64,000 nt of DNA from Octopus sinensis (Eukaryota). The DNA lies in NCBI RefSeq assembly GCF_006345805.1, contig NC_043021.1:4278001-4342000 (forward strand). Direction: 5' to 3'. Position 1 is the stretch's first letter; every line of letters starts with the position of its first letter. The notes under the pieces are model-generated. The model did not search any database, was not told where the DNA came from, and was given only the letters and a program-made list of their open reading frames with translations. This document shows positions 25,661 through 40,499 of this stretch, piece after piece. Made by a program: the position numbers and the translations under genes.

Positions 25661-28383
25661 TATCATCATCATCATCGTTATCGTCATCATTTAATGTATG
25701 CTTTCCATGCTGGCATGGGTTGGATGGTTTGACTAGAGCTGGTAAGCAGGAGACCTGCACCAGGTTCCAATCTGATTAGGCTTCGTTTCTCCACACACAC
25801 ACACACATAGTGGACTTTCCTGTTGTGAAGGGTTCTGCAATTTCTTTCTGAACATCCTGCACATATGATTTGTGTCATACACTACACACCAGATGTCAAA
25901 GTGATCACAGAGCAACAGGACGAGAAGTGTTTTGCTCAAGAACTACAATACACAACCCTAACCTGGGAACTGAAACTATGATCTTGCTATCATGAGTGCA
26001 ACACACTAACCACTAAGCCACATGCATACACACATACACTTATACATACACATCACATATAGTGCTGGTACCATGTAAAAAGCATCCAGTCCACACTGTA
26101 AAGTGGTGGATATTTGGAAGGGCATCCAGCTGTAAAAACCATGTGAAAACTAACCTCGCCTCTGCTGGGGCTATGTAAAAAGTACTGAGTCCATTCTATG
26201 GGGTGGTTGGTGTTAAGAAAGGAATCCAACCATAAAAACCATTCCAGAACAGACACAACAGCCTGGTGTAGTCCTCTACCTGGTTGACTCCTGTCAAACC
26301 ATTCAACCCATGCCAGCATGGAAGACAGACACTGAATGATGATGATGATGATGACCACAGGCTTCTTTCATTTTCCATCTAGCAATTCCACTCACAAGGA
26401 TTTGGTTAGCCTGGTGCTATGCAGTGGGATTGAACCTAAAGTCATACAAATACGCCTAACAAAAAGTTTAAAATCACTATAATAATTTTACATTTTTCTA
26501 GGATTGTGAAAACGTATCAAATGTTTAGCATATTTCTACAAGTATGCGCACATTCGACGTTGTACCAATCGATGCAGGACTTAATACAGTGACATTTTGC
26601 TCATAACTGTTGATATGAAGTAATCAGAAAATACAATTTAACTACAATATTGTGTTTTTTTTTGTGCATTTTTATTCAGACAGAAATTCATGCTATAAAT
26701 ACATATTATATATGTACAATGACAATACAATTGGTGTCCAATGAAATTAGATATGAATCAATTGATGGGGAGTATAGAATTTTTTTTTTTCAAATTTTAA
26801 AATGGTGCTTTCCCAATTATTATGATTCTAAATTTATATAAGAAATTTTGAAAATTAGCCCCCACCCACCTTTTTTTTTTTTTTTTTCCAAATCTTAAAT
26901 ATCTTATATTCATAAAAATCAAAAATTGCTTTACAAAAGTAAAAAAACAAAAAAAAAAAAATATAGCGTAATATATAAACGTTATGAGATTTTTGAAAAT
27001 CCCAAAAGAAATACTCTTCCTTGGGACAAGACAACTATGCATGCATCACTATAGAAATGGAGAAGCTAAATTGAGTATAAAGTTATTTAAATTCTCCATC
27101 CTTGTCATAATGAAATTGATTTTCTTGGAGAGGAAAAAAAAAAAAAAAAAAGAGAAGCTTAATGTGATTGTGTGATTTTTCACAATGTTGGCTTTACAGC
27201 AGATGTACTTTTACAGCATCTGCAAAATTTATTGGTAAAATTCAGAAATCATTTTCACATCTGCTTTTTGCTTTGCCTAAGTTACATGAACTTGTTTCAT
27301 ACATTTTTAGACAGCAATTACAACAAATCTCACTAAAAATTTTATTTTCAGCATGTCATAATAATAGAGAAGAGTCGGTACATATTATGCAAGAGTGCTA
27401 TATTCCCAGGATTTCATTGTTCATAATTAGTAAGCACATTATATATACTTGTACAAGACAAATGTATACAGTAAGTTTGGGACTCAATCAGAGTTGAACT
27501 TAGCTGTCCACTCACCCTATCCAACTATTGCACTCGTGTGCCCCTCTCTGTAACTTGAGGGTGCGCTGTGACACATCATCTCTCTCTCTCTCCTTTTCAA
27601 TTGGAGTAGTCATGTATCTCTTCCCTTAATACTGAACCCCTCTCAGTTGAGGCTTCTTGTTTTGTGAGTGACCAGGTGACCTCATTGGTTCTGGTGCCAA
27701 GAAAAAAGCTTCCAGAACACTTTGTAAAAATGGTTGGTGTTATGAAGGGCATCCAGACAAAGTTGACAATAGGGCTTGGTGTAGTTCTGTAATTTTTGCC
27801 AGTCCTATCAAACCATCTAACCTACGTCAGTATGGAAGATAAACATTAAATGATGCTGCTGCTGCTGCTGATGATGATGATAATGATACAGCTTTGCCTA
27901 TGTTTGGCTGTTTAATTGTTTACAAACTGTAACAGAGTAAATAACTAACTCCTCATGAGAAGAAACAAATGAATAGTGATATTCATGCCTGTCTCAAATA
28001 AAGAAGCAGGAAGGCTGGGTTGCTAAGAAATTTAAACACATAGTTAAATTTCACATGGTCCCTCCTCATCATTATCATTTAATTCCTGTTTTCCTGTTGG
28101 ATCGTTTGACAGTAGAAGATGCTTTTGCCAAAAATGCCATGCAGTGGGGCTGAACCCAGAACCATGCAATTGGGAAGCAAACTTCTTACTACACAACCAT
28201 GTTTGAAACTGCTAGGTTGTTACCATCTAACTCAACGGATGAACTACGACTATTACTCATGCTATCCCCACCAAGTAGTGTCTCCATCACTTGCCTCAGT
28301 CTGATCAGCCGACAAACTTCCAGGGCTGATACGATGATCAATTAAGAAAGAACAAATATAGCAAAATCACTTCCCACAACTAG

Positions 28384-28452
28384 TCACACACACACACACA
28401 CAACAAACACACACACGCACGCACACACGCAAACACACACACACAAACACAC

Positions 28453-28545
<93 letters not shown>
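28384..28545. repeat. Long (CA)n microsatellite
   Basis: Visible directly. Confidence 0.97.
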
Positions 28546-28546
<1 letters not shown>

Positions 28547-29015
28547 CCTATGTAAAAATGGTTAAAAATAAGAAATACTTTGGGAATTGGTATCCAATTT
28601 CTAACTGATCATAAAATAGTCTCTGATATTTATTCCCCCCCCCCCATCTTTTTTTTCTTTTTATCAACGGTTGCTGGATGTTTCTAATTGACAGAATTAA
28701 CGAGTAGAAATTTACCAAACAGCATCACTACATCAAAAACTGAAGCCAATTTCCCTGATGTCTATCTGCTTGATGTATCAGAGAAAGTTCCGACAGAAGC
28801 GAAAGAGTGTCATTGTTGTTTCGTCTTCGAAATGGCAAACAGGCTGAACATCAAAGCAAGTTGATTGTGGAATAATAAATGAGAGATCTGAAACATTAAT
28901 CCTCCTGTAATTATAGATAGTCAGTCTCTCTCTCTCTCTTCTCTATCTCTATCTCTCACACACACACACACACACACACAAAAACAAATTCATACTCACT
29001 ACATAAGCACAAATG

Positions 29016-29049
<34 letters not shown>

Positions 29050-29272
29050 ATTTTTCTAATTTTGGCACAAGGTCAGCAATTTTGAAGAGCGAGAAAGTTG
29101 GTTACATCCCTCCCAATACTTGGCTACACTTTACTCTTTTACTTGTTTCACACATTGGACTGTGGCCATACTGGAGCAATGCTTTATAGCAAGAGTGGGG
29201 AAACCCACTGCCTGCAGGTGCAATTGCACCTGCAAGCCCATTGTATTGCACCCACAGGCTGATATACTTGTA

Positions 29273-29608
29273 TACTCTTTTACTTGTTTCAGTCATTTGA
29301 CTGCGGCCATGCTGGAGCACCGCCTTTAGTCGAGCAAATCGACCCCGGGACTTATTCTTTGTAAGCCCAGTACTTATTCTATCGGTCTCTTTTGCCGAAC
29401 CGCTAAGTGACGGGGACGTAAACACACCAGCATCGGTTGTCAAGCAATGCTAGGGAGACAAACACACACACATACACATATATACGACGGGTTTCTTTCA
29501 GTTTCCGTCTACCAAATCCACTCACAAGGCATTGGTCGGCCCGGGGCTATAGCAGAAGACACTTGCCCAAGATGCCACGCAGTGGGACTGAACCCGGAAC
29601 CATGTGGT
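29273..29608 (-). mobile_element. SINE family A, 5'-truncated
   Basis: Near-identical to 1742-2156. Confidence 0.9.
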
Positions 29609-30621
29609 AAAAATGTACAAAATATAGTAAATTTTTCAACTATATAATTCACCCAATATTCATATGCCTATTTGTGACAGAAGTTGCATTTCCACTTCAA
29701 CTGAAAAGGGTTAGGACTCAAACAAAGAATCATCCAGTAATTGCCATTTGAATGGAAATTTTGTTTTCACTATCATTCAACTACAGTAATACCTGAATAA
29801 TATTCTTAACGCTCGCAATTTACTCACAAGCAGCATCTTTCAGAGGTTGTTGCTAATTCAGTTCTAAACCATATTGAAAACTGTTAACATTTTTGAAGAG
29901 GGCTGGTCCTTAGCTACATATTGTCATAAAAAATTGAGATTTGGTCCAGTAGACAAAAATTTGCATCAAAATTTGTAGCAACGTCATAGGAGAGTAATTA
30001 ACGCCACCAATCAAGTTTTGATCTAAATAACTTTTTTTTATTTTAGAAGCAAAATATGTTTGTCTTAGCGTCAATGATAGAAGAAAGCATGAAAATTTCA
30101 TAGTTTTGATCCCATGCAACAAAAATGTGTATCAAAAAAGTTGTGAGGTAAAATATGAAAAAAATGTAAGGCAAAAAATTGGATTTAAGTATAATTAACT
30201 TTTTTACTTTAAAAACAAACTATATTTTAATTAAGCTTAAATGATAGAGCTTAATTTAAGGAATTTCATGGTATCAATTCTATGCAATGGAGTTTTAAAA
30301 GAAATAGTTATGAGTGTTTGTTTCTCAAATTTGAAGGGGATAATACAGTTCTATATTTTTTTATGAATATAGTTCTGTAAGGGACTTTTAATATATGTCA
30401 CTGGCATCATTGAGGTAAAGAAAAAAAATTATCAACAACACCGCTAATTTGCAATTATTTTCCATATAGAAAACCCACTTTTTTCTGTTAAGGGCTTACA
30501 AGCCCTAATACTAGTCTATTTTCTGTAGTCAATACATGGCAATCTCTTATAAGCTTTATCAAAATCAAACCAAATCAAATCAGATATCAGAAAGCAGAAC
30601 CAAAATCGAAGTCGATCAACA

Positions 30622-30964
30622 TCAATGGAAATTGCAGCTGTGATACCAGTGCCGGTGACAAGTAAGCGAACTATCCAATCGTGGCCATTGCCAGCTCCCC
30701 ACCCCCGACTGGCCTCCGTGCCGGTGGCACGTAAAAAGCACCATCCGTTTGTGTCCGTTGCCAGCTCCGTCTGGCACCTGTGCAGGTGGCACGTAAAAAG
30801 CACCCACTACACTCACGGAGTGGTTGGCGTTAGGAAGGGCATCCAGCTGTAGAAACACTGCCAGATCAGACTGGGCCTGGTGCAGCCTCCTGGCTTCCCA
30901 GATCCCCGGTCGAACCGTCCAACCCATGCTAGCATGGAAAACGGACGCTAAACGATGATGATGA
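30622..30964 (+). mobile_element. SINE family B
   Basis: Same body and tail, about 2 internal units. Confidence 0.85.
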
Positions 30965-31208
30965 TTTACTGAATTGTTACTCGTCACTGTTTCTCCATTT
31001 ATTGCAGAATATACACACACAACTATACACGCCTGTCCACATAACTTAGCAGTTTGGCAAAAGAGATTGATAGAATAAGTATCAGGCTTTAAAAAAAATG
31101 TACTGGGGTTGATTCATTCAGCTAAAATATAATTCAAGGCAGTGCCCCAGCATGGCCTCAGTCTAATGACTGAAACAAATAAATGATAAATGATATTAAG
31201 CAAATATA

Positions 31209-31432
31209 TACTCTTTACTCTCTTTTACTCTTTTACTTGTTTCAGTCATTTGACTGCGGCCAGGCTGGAGCACCACCTTTAATCGAGTAACTCGACCCCC
31301 AGGACTTATTCTTTGTAAGCCCAGTACTTATTCTATCGGTCTCTTTTGCCGAACCGCTAAGTGACAGGGACGTAAACACACCAGCATCGGTTGTCAAGCA
31401 ATGCTAGGGCGACAAACACAGACACACAAACG

Positions 31433-31468
<36 letters not shown>

Positions 31469-31644
31469 CACACATATATACAACAGGCTTCTTTCAGTTT
31501 CCGTCTACCAAATCCACTCACAAGGCATTAGTCGGCCCGGGGCTATAGCAGAAGACACTTGCCCAAGATGCCACGCAGTGGGACTGAACCCGGAACCATG
31601 TGGTTGGTTAGCAAGCTACTTACCACACAGCCACTCCTGCGCCT
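31209..31644 (-). mobile_element. SINE family A, full length
   Basis: Near-identical to 1742-2156. Confidence 0.9.
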
Positions 31645-32156
31645 GCTTTCACCCAGCCCTGCACTACACATACATGCAGGTACAGAAAACCATATTTATA
31701 AAGTAATGTCAAAGTAAGCAAAGAAGGAGGCACCACATGGTAGTTTGATCTGCTATAAACAGGAGCCAAATCTCCCTCAAATCTCTCTCACATCTTAATT
31801 ATTCAGAAATGTGTCAGGATGAATGGAGCTTAAATTAGTGGATTAATTAATTTAGAGTAGAATTAAAATAGCAAAAGTGGATTATGAGATCCCATGTCAG
31901 TGAGAAAATATTTCAGGAACCTAATTCCTAATTGCTTCTGTGTAGTGTAGCTTTGAAGAATAAGAAGGTCTTCTAGGAGAGAAGAGACTTGCATGCATGG
32001 AGAACTGCCAGTCTCCCCACAAAATATGAAAGCAAAGTCGACCTCAGTGGAATTTGAACTAAGAACATAGAGGCAGATGAAATCCCACTAAGTATTATGT
32101 CCAGCGTAGTAACAATTCTGCCAGCTCATCACTACAATAATAATAATAATAATAAT

Positions 32157-32765
32157 CTGATGCAGTACCAAATGCCCTGATGCAGTACCAAATGCCCTGA
32201 TGCAGTACCAGGCAGTGGCTCTCATGGCTTCTGATCTTAACTGATTGGAAGTGTTATCATGTACATTGTTTTGTCTTGGTATAAAAGATGGGCTACAGCA
32301 AATATTCTGCTCAATACCACAGATTTGCTTGTCAGTTGTTTGACCTTAACCATTGAGCATGTCCCTTAGTGGCTGACGATATGTGCATCTCTGATCACGA
32401 GCAGAAGTAGTGGGGGAGCATCATAGCCATGTGTTGAGAGGGATTCTTTGGGGTTTGAATAATTCACCTCTGGAAACATGGGTGGTTCTTTCAACATCCT
32501 TAAACAACCCTTATTCAGGGCCGTTTGAGCGGGATGGGCTACTCAACCTGAAGAAAATTCTAACTGGGCCCCCCTGCAAGGTCATGTGCTGTTTATCTTG
32601 ATATGAGATCACCATGTCGCGCACATATGGTTGTGATGCATGTGCCTGGGTGTACCTTTATCAGACGGGTAGTCATGATGGGTATATTGGGCTTCGTATA
32701 TTTTACCCCAGTGTCACTTTGATGGCATGAACTGCTCTCTCACTCAATAATAATAATAATAATAA
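32157..32765 (+). mobile_element. Non-coding LINE 3' region in a (TAA)n tract, probable R4/Dong clade
   Basis: About 590 bp of complex sequence with (TAA)n on both sides, ending ctcactcaa(taa)n; 20-bp unit ctgatgcagtaccaaatgcc repeated at its 5' end. Clade inferred from target only. Confidence 0.5.
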
Positions 32766-32769
32766 TAAT

Positions 32770-33370
32770 AATCCTTTCTACTCTTGGCACAAGGCCTGAA
32801 ATTTGGTGGTGGTGGTTGGGGGCTAGTCAATTCCATCGACCCCAGTGCAAAACTGGTGCTTATTTTATCGAGTCTAAAAGGATAAAAGGCAAAGTCAACC
32901 TCCGCAGAATTTGAAGTCAGAATGTGAAAACAGATGAAATACCACTAACCATTTTGCTTCATGTGCTTATGATTCTGCCAGGATTATAATAACAGCCCTT
33001 TCTACTCTAGGCACAAGGCTGGAAATTTGGTGGAGGGGTATAGTTGATTACATCAGCCTCAGTGCTCAACTGGTGCTCATTTTATCAACCCCAAAAAGAT
33101 GAAAGGTAAAGTTAACCTCGGCGGAATTTGAACTCAGAACGTAAAGATGGAAGAAATGTCGCTAGGTGTTTCACCCAGTGCACTAATGATTCCACCAGGT
33201 CAGCACCTTAATAATAATAATAATCTTTTCTATTACAGACACAAGGCCTGAAATTTTGGGGGGAGGGGACTAGTCAGTTACATCAACCCCAGTGTTTCAC
33301 TGGTACTTAATTTATCAACACCAAAAGAATGAAAGGTAAAGTCGACCTCAGCAGAATTTGAACTCAGAAT
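32770..33370 (-). mobile_element. Cluster of three tandem SINE family C copies
   Basis: Same motifs as 2165-2885, separated by short TAA runs. Confidence 0.8.
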
Positions 33371-34685
33371 GAGGTGCATTCAAAAGCTGGGTGGTAGAGT
33401 TGAAGAAGTGTACAGGGGAGCAGCAGATGGGGGAATGGGCAATAGGGAACAGCTGAAAATATTGAGTAGTGTTGAAGGGTGGATGTAGGGAGTGATTGAT
33501 AAAGGTCGTGTAATAATAACTGAGGTTGGGACTCACAGAGGGGATGACAGGGGACTCCAAGACTCCTGGTGGTTTAGTGAGTTTGAAAAGACACATCAAT
33601 CTCAGTAAAAGCGTGGTTGTCCTTGCATACAGGCTCATCCCCTGCAACCCTCTGTAGCTGAGCATCCCTAATCTAGTGGGTTCACAGGTGTTGATGCCAT
33701 ATAAAAAATACCTATGCTGATGTGGCATAAAAGCACCCAGTACACTTTGTAAAGTTAGGAAGGGCACCCAGTCATAGAAACCATGCCAAAACAGACAGAG
33801 AGCCTGAACAGCCTCTCATCTAGTCAGCTCCTGTCAAACCGTCCAACCCATGCCAGCATGGAAAACAGACATTAATGATGATGATGATGATGTTTACAAA
33901 CAAAAGTGAATACCACTTTGCAGTTAAGAGATTAGAGGCAAGTAATTATTATGAGCTGTTCTCAATTAGGGTTTGAAATCATGAATATTAGATCGTTAGT
34001 CCAACATTTTAATCCTTTAACCATCGACCATGTACTTGACCTGAATTAATTGCAAATTAACTTTGACCTACATTTGACCCAAAGTCATTTACAGCCAGCA
34101 GGGTCCAAGTAGTTCTTGAATTTAAAGCATATGGATTGTCAGTATCTTGAAGTAAATATCTAATATAATGAGAAGATTAACTCTGTAATTAATAATGATT
34201 AATAAATATTTGTAAAATCGATAAAACCTCAATCTAACCTAATCTAGTCTAATCTAATCTATAACTGTATCTGTCAAAATTTTAAATACTTTTGGCTTGG
34301 AAAAGGAAAAAAAAAACAAAACAAGAAAGAAATCATTGGGAAATATTTTTTGAAGCAATGTGGGAATAGTTGAAATCAGAATTGGTCAATTGAAGGAATG
34401 ATTGGTGGCGGAGAGTGAGAAATGCAACAAAATGAAATAAAACAAAACTATTGTCAGTAGAAATTGTTAAAGCTTTTGCAATGATTAGATCTATCAAGTT
34501 TGATGAATCTTTGGAAATTAGAAACAGAAATTAAACATTTTATTGAATGGAGTGTTTTGTGCGTTTATTCTGTTCTCTCTCTTCAATGTGTGAATTTGAA
34601 CTGGTGAATGAGTTTATAAGTTGAGTGCATGAATGAGTGCAGAGAAATGTGCAGCTGTGCAAGTGAATGATTGAGTCTAAGTTTG

Positions 34686-35070
34686 GGAGTGGCTGTGTGG
34701 TAAGTAGCTTGCTTAAGAACCACGTGGTTCCGGGTTCAGTCCCACTGCGTGGCACCTTGGGCAAGTGTCTTCTACTATAGCCTCGGGCCGACCAAAGCCT
34801 TGTGAGTGGATTTGGTAGACGGAAACTGAAAGAAGCCTGTCATATATATGTATATGTATATATATATATGTGTGTGTCTGTGTTTGTCCCACAACATCGC
34901 TTGACAACCAATGCTGGTGTGTTTACGTCCCCGTAACTTAGCAGTTCGGCAAAAGAGACCTATAGAATAAGCACTAGGCTTATAAAGAATAAGTCCTGGG
35001 GGTTGATCTGCTCGACTAAAGACAATGCTCCAGCATGGCCACAATCAAATGACTGAAACAAGTAAAAGAG
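34686..35070 (+). mobile_element. SINE family A, plus strand
   Basis: Reverse complement of the minus-strand copies. Confidence 0.9.
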
Positions 35071-35269
35071 TTTAGCAACAGAGGTAGTACTAATACCAAG
35101 GGGTTAATATTTATCCCCACTTAAAAGTGGATCTTGTATTAGAACAAACTTTACTGTGGTAGATACCACAAGAGAAACTCGCACACTGGCTTTTGGTGCA
35201 TATAAGCACTTGCTTATATCACTTATGGGAAGATAAATCCTTAACACTGCCAAGACTACCAGATCACAT

Positions 35270-35742
35270 TATTTCGACCTTCTTTGGTCTTGTCAATGAA
35301 AGCCACTCAACCACTAGAAGTAGCAGTAACTCATCTCGCCACCAGAAAAGTTGCTGGTGTCACAATTGGCCAGTGTCACAGGTGGTTGGATGGAACTTAC
35401 ACTCGCCTCCTTATGAGAGCTCAAAATCTCTCGTGGAAGCATCATCCAACCAAAGTACAAATATATGGGAAATTACCACCTGTATCATCTCTTGTGAAAG
35501 GTAGAAGAGTCCAGTTTGCTGGACATTGTTGTAGAGCTGAAAACAAGGTAATTTCTACTCTTCTCCTCTGGAAGCCATCTGCTCACGATACCAGAGGGCA
35601 CACACTCTCCTACCCTGATGTAATCTCCAGGGATACAGGCATCCAGCAACAGGACCTCCGTAATGCTATGATGGACCGTGAAGTCTGGCGTAACATAGTA
35701 AATTCCATTGTCTCGACCACAGTCGAACAATGATGATGAGCT
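35270..35742 (+). mobile_element. RTE-type LINE 3' end, open ORF2 C-terminus and (GAT)n tail
   Basis: LDGTYTRLLMRAQNLSWKHHPTKVQIYGKLPPVSSLVKGRRVQFAGHCCRA...REVWRNIV then tgatgatga. Confidence 0.85.
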
Positions 35743-36299
35743 GGTTAAAAATATATATATTAGAGACAAAAGCAGTATTCATATCAAGAGGTAATATTTA
35801 TCCCCACTTAAACATGGATGTTCTGTTGGAACAAACTATACTGCAGTGGATACCATAAGAGAAGCCCTCACATTGGCTTTTGGTCCATATAAGCACTCTT
35901 GTTTATATCGCTAGTGGGGAGATAAATTCCGAGAGCTACACAACAACAACAACCAAAAGTGCCAATAAAAGCCAACTGAGGAGCCTTAAATACAGTCACT
36001 TGATTTGCTAAAACTAGCAGCTAAATCATCCTCATATCCCACTCTATAGTCATCGACAAACAAGAACACTTAGGATGATTGATTATGTTGTTCTAAATAT
36101 ACTAAGTCAAGATGGGGTGGCCATGGCTGAAACCCCTTTGATCATAGGTTTGCCCATACAGGGTTGGTTGACTTAAGGTTAAGCAACAACTACAACTAAA
36201 AGCACCAATTAAATACTTTGTTTGATCAGAAACCTGAATGCCATAAATCTGCTCAGGCAGAACTGATTGGAGCTACCAAAGTAGAAGTAACAAGATCAA

Positions 36300-37480
36300 G
36301 AGGCAGTGGTCGTGGTGGTAGGTGATGATGGTGGTTGGTAGGTGGCAGTGGTGGTGGTGATAGTAGTGGAGGTGGTGGTGATGGTGTCAGTGATAGTGGT
36401 GGTGGTAGTAGTGGGTGTTGGTGATAGTAAGTGGTGGTGGGGGTGGTGGTGATGGTGGTGGTAGGTGATGATGATGGTTGGTAGATGGTGGTAGGTGGCA
36501 GTGGTGGTGGTGATAGTAATAGTGGAGATGGTGGTGTTAGTAGTGGAGGTGATGGTGGTGTCAGTGATGGTGGTGATAGTGGTGGTGGTAGTAGTGGGTG
36601 TTGGTGATAGTAGTGGGTGTTGGTGGTAGTAGTGGGTGTTGGTGATAGTAGTGGGTGTTGGTGGTAGTAGTGGGTGTTGGTGATAGTAAGTGGTGGTGGT
36701 GGTGGTGGTGGTCTTGTCGTCAGTGGTCAACTGGTAGGTGATGATGGTGTTGGTGATGGTGATGTTGGCAACGGTGGTGGTGGTGGCAGTGGTGATAATA
36801 GTGCTGGCAATGGTGGCAGGTGGCAGTTGTAGTGGTGGTGGTGGTAGGTGGCAGTGGTGATAGTAGTAGTGGAGATGGCGGTGATAGTAGTGGAGGTGGT
36901 GGTGGTGATGGTAGTGATAGTGGTGGTGGTAGTAGTGGGTGTTGGTGATAGAAAGTGGTGGTGGTTGTCGTTGTCGTCAGTGGTCAACTGGTAGATGATG
37001 GTGGTGGTGGTGATGTTGGCAACGGTGGTGGTGGCAGTGGTGATAATAGTATTGGCAATGGTGGCAGGTGGTAGTTGTAGTAGTGGTAGTAGTGGTGGTG
37101 GTGGTAGTAGTAGTGGGTGTTGGTGATAGTAAGTGGTGGTGGTGGTGGTTGTCGTCAGTGGTCAACTGGTAGATGATGGTGGTGGTGGTGATGTTGGCAA
37201 CGGTGGTGGTGGCAGTGGTGATAATAGTATTGGCAATGGTGGCAGGTGGTAGTTGTAGTAGTGGTGGTAGTGGTGGTGGTGGTAGTAGTAGTGGGTGTTG
37301 GTGATAGTAAGTGGTGGTGGTGGTGGTTGTCGTCGTCGTCAGTGGTCAACTGGTAGATGATGATGATGATGGTGATGTTGGCAACGGTGGTGGTGATTGT
37401 GGCGGTGATAATAGTGTTGGCAATGGTGGCAGGTGGTAGTTGTAGTGGTGATGGTGGTGGTGGTGGTGTTTGCTTCGGCA
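36300..37480. repeat. (GGT/AGT/GAT)n block with higher-order ~178-257-bp units
   Basis: Anchor cagtggtcaactgg at 36721, 36978, 37156, 37340. Confidence 0.9.
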
Positions 37481-37819
37481 ATAAACCGGACTTTGCAATT
37501 TGATACCATTTAAACTACAATCAGAATAAAAGTGGTAAAGTAACCAGAAAAAAAATCAATGTATGCTGTATATTTCCAGAGAAATATCCAAGACAGATGC
37601 ATGAATAATTCTCCTTTTGTGCTTCTTGTATCGGCTTCTGTTCCTTTTATTGAGTCTTTGTCTGCCTCTGTCTAACTTTTATTGCCGACTTCTGGTTCGC
37701 TCTGCTGTTAACTACATCTTAACCCGGTTTCTTTATTAATTACAACAGCTTCTCTTTGGTTCCTTTTGCATTAGCAAACAACACATACTCGGCTACTTTT
37801 ATGAGCTGCTTGCCTTGTT

Positions 37820-37840
37820 CTGCATATATACATATGTATG

Positions 37841-37879
<39 letters not shown>

Positions 37880-37886
37880 TATACAT

Positions 37887-37927
<41 letters not shown>

Positions 37928-38022
37928 TATATACATAATATTATATATATATATACATATTATACATATATATACATATATATACATATCCACTATATAT
38001 ATATATATACATATATATATAC

Positions 38023-38055
<33 letters not shown>

Positions 38056-38275
38056 ACATATATATACATATATAGTATACATATATATACATATATATAC
38101 ATATATACATATATACATATATACTATATACATATATATATACTATATATATATATATACATATATATACATATATATATATATATATACAATATATATA
38201 TATATACATATATATACATATATATATATATATATACATATATATACATATATATATATATATACATATATATAC

Positions 38276-38311
<36 letters not shown>

Positions 38312-38323
38312 TACATATATAAC

Positions 38324-38364
<41 letters not shown>

Positions 38365-38383
38365 CATATAATATATACATATA

Positions 38384-38420
<37 letters not shown>

Positions 38421-38423
38421 CCC

Positions 38424-38488
<65 letters not shown>

Positions 38489-38489
38489 C

Positions 38490-38521
<32 letters not shown>

Positions 38522-39586
38522 TTATATATATATAATATATATATATATATACTATATAATATCTATATATATGACGTGAAACTGGATAACACTGGCCCAG
38601 AAGAATTGCAATCCCTGAGTCAAAATCAGTGCGTGACCTGGGTTGACATGAGCAATGATGCATCTTTCCAAATGCATATTGCTAATCTGGTGATAAAATG
38701 CAGACGGCTAGCTGGATGGATTCTCCGAACTTCAGAACAAGAGAGAAGGAGACACTGATGGTCCTATGGAAAACATTTGTCCTCAGCCGCTTGGACTACT
38801 GCTCCCAACTTTGGTCACCACACAATATAAAACAAACAGCAGAACTCGAAGCACTCAGAGAAGCTACACAAAGAAAATCGTCTCAATGCAAATGTCAGCT
38901 ACTGGGAAGACTGAAGGTATTAAACCTCTTCTCCCTGAGCGAGGCGGGAGAGATATGCAGTAATATACATCTGGAAAATCCTGGAGGTCTTATCCCAAAC
39001 TTTGGCACATTCAAGTTACTCCAACCGCAGAACGGGGCGCCGCTGCGTGGTGCCAAGGATTCCAACATCACCATCAAAATACAGGTCCGATACTGCAACA
39101 GCTTGGTTTCAGAGGACCACAGCTTTTCAACATCCTCCCTAATCCTGAGAGACTTACATGGTGTGGATGTGGGTTCTTTAAAACTAAACTGGATCTCTTC
39201 TTGTTGGAAGTCCCAGATGAACCTACCTCACGACAGGAGACGCGGATGCGGGCAGCAGCATCGAACTCCCTTGTTGATCAAGTGCCACGTATCAGAGGTG
39301 GATTCACAAACTAGTGTGGCTCATTCAGCGGTGGTGGCCCCAGCATGGCCCGCGGCCTTCGGGCTAAAACATTTTTTTAAGGATTTATATATACATATAT
39401 ATATATATATACATATATATATATCTATACATATATATATATATATATATATACATATATATAATACATATTATATACATCATATATATATACATATATA
39501 TATATATACATATATATATATACATATATATATACATATATATATTCCATATATATATATATATATATATACATATATATATCTAC

Positions 39587-39635
<49 letters not shown>

Positions 39636-39661
39636 CATATATATATACATATATATAAGAC

Positions 39662-39697
<36 letters not shown>

Positions 39698-39854
39698 CAT
39701 ATATATATACATATATTACATATATATATATACCATATATACATATATATATCTATATATATATATATATAACATATATATACATATATATATATATATA
39801 TATCGATATATACATATACATATAAATATCCATATTATATATATACATATACTA

Positions 39855-39886
<32 letters not shown>

Positions 39887-39982
39887 CATATATATATATC
39901 TATATATATATATACATATATATATATACCTATATATATATATATATACATATATTATATATACTATATATATATATATATA

Positions 39983-40025
<43 letters not shown>

Positions 40026-40140
40026 TATACATATCGATATATATATATATATATACATATATATACATATATATATACATATATAATATACATATATATT
40101 ACATATATATATATATACATATATAATATATATCTTATAC

Positions 40141-40171
<31 letters not shown>

Positions 40172-40449
40172 TCCATATATATACTTATAATGCATATATT
40201 TATATATAGTATCATATATATACATATATATATATATAACCTCTATATACTATATATATATACATATTATAGATATATACTATCTATACATATATCTATA
40301 TACATATTATATATTATAACAGATATATACATATATATATATACTATATATATATATATACATATATATATACATATATATATATACATATATATATCTA
40401 TACATATATATATATATACATATATATATATCCATATATATATATATAC

Positions 40450-40499
<50 letters not shown>

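Noticed and set aside
28700-28900. Complex, exon-like segment with tgtttcag acceptor and gtaaat donor on the minus strand
   Set aside because: Stop codons in all three frames; could be a non-coding exon or conserved element, but unsupported.
26470-30400. AT-rich DNA-transposon-like relics at 26470-27010 and 29880-30400 (similar at 50040-50330)
   Set aside because: No termini, TSD or coding motif could be fixed by eye, so they are not annotated.
36296-37481. Thr/His-rich mucin-like ORFs
   Set aside because: Trinucleotide-repeat translations with no splice signals or complex sequence.
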